64,000 bases of DNA from Takakia lepidozioides (taxonomy: Eukaryota; Plantae; Bryophyta): the NCBI GenBank assembly GCA_030704615.1, contig CM060731.1, positions 60,078,001 through 60,142,000 of the forward strand, given 5' to 3'. Under the pieces are notes generated by a model. It saw only the letters and a list, made by a program, of their open reading frames with translations, made no database searches and had not been told where the DNA came from. Position 1 is the first letter of the stretch, and the number at the start of each line of letters is the position of its first letter. The position numbers and the translations under genes are program-made. Below, in pieces: positions 63,516 through 64,000 of the stretch.

Positions 63516-64000
63516 GATTGTACTCATAAGATGTTGTTTGCCGTAGCCTTGTGGCCATTGACCCCGCGCCCAGTTTGAGCGGGAACAAAAGGGACAGAAC
63601 CTACCTCTGTCAGGGGCTGACGTTGGTAGTAAGACTTACCTCCATATATAGAATTAATCCGGGTTTTCCAGATATCCTCTAGAAATCCCTTCACACAAGC
63701 ATCAATCTGCTGTGTGTGATTTGCCCAAAAACTAGGCCTCAGGAGGGCCTGGGCTTTTGGCTCAGCCTCGAGACTTTCAAAGTTGGTAAACAGGGGTACA
63801 GGCACAATACCCTTAATAGATTTGAAGAGAGCGTCTCTTTGGTGAGAGAACCCGGACAGTGTATCAGAAAATGATACTGTCTTCAGATTGCCCACACAAC
63901 GGGCAATTGCACTCTCCCTTTCCTCTCTGCTTCTGTTTGCTGTTCAAAGGTAGGCTTCCTGCCCTGAGTTTAAATTTCAGTCTAGTGCCGAGAGTGGGTA
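63516..64000 (-). mobile_element. LINE 3' end (duplicate of the 19876 copy), runs off the window
   Basis: Same position after the TYW1 stop and same sequence as the 19876 copy. Confidence 0.88.

Larger units (their letters stand above)
53126..64000 (+). repeat. Rearranged segmental duplication of ~9699-20350
   Basis: 53126-53351 = 9699-9921; 53351-56277 = 12233-15089; 56278-58613 = inverted 9934-12224; 58615-58957 = 15090-15440; 60379-60417 = 15445-15483; ~60425-64000 = ~16593-20354. Confidence 0.95.

Overview
This is eukaryotic, intron-containing DNA, most likely from a non-seed land plant. That assignment is an inference from plant-type PXA-PX-NexinC, HIG1, TYW1 and HSP101 sequences plus a microbial-type terpene synthase. 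Gene order: a partial At4g28025-like gene, a GT61 glycosyltransferase, then a large ZNFX1-like gene (about 1,880 aa when reconstructed). That gene has an N-terminal cold-shock domain, a UPF1-like SF1 helicase, NFX1-type Zn fingers and two tandem C-terminal PARP/ART domains (H-Y-E and H-Y-I types). Its Walker A segment (~7678-8440) is physically inverted. Next come HIG1, TYW1, an AT-rich transposon/pseudogene block (aspartic protease and ClpB/HSP101 relics, a MITE, a piggyBac-like element, a SINE), a PXA-PX-NexinC gene with two oppositely oriented LINE fragments in one intron, a satellite and a frameshifted MTPSL. The last ~11 kb is a rearranged duplicate of ~9.7-20.4 kb in which the helicase core has been moved and inverted, HIG1 is deleted, a CACTA fragment is inserted and TYW1 is frameshifted. 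The best candidate for an undescribed system is the CSD-ZNFX1 helicase-ZnF-PARP-PARP fusion, a putative RNA-sensing, ADP-ribosylating defence protein. All family calls come from motif recognition by eye; no database search was run.
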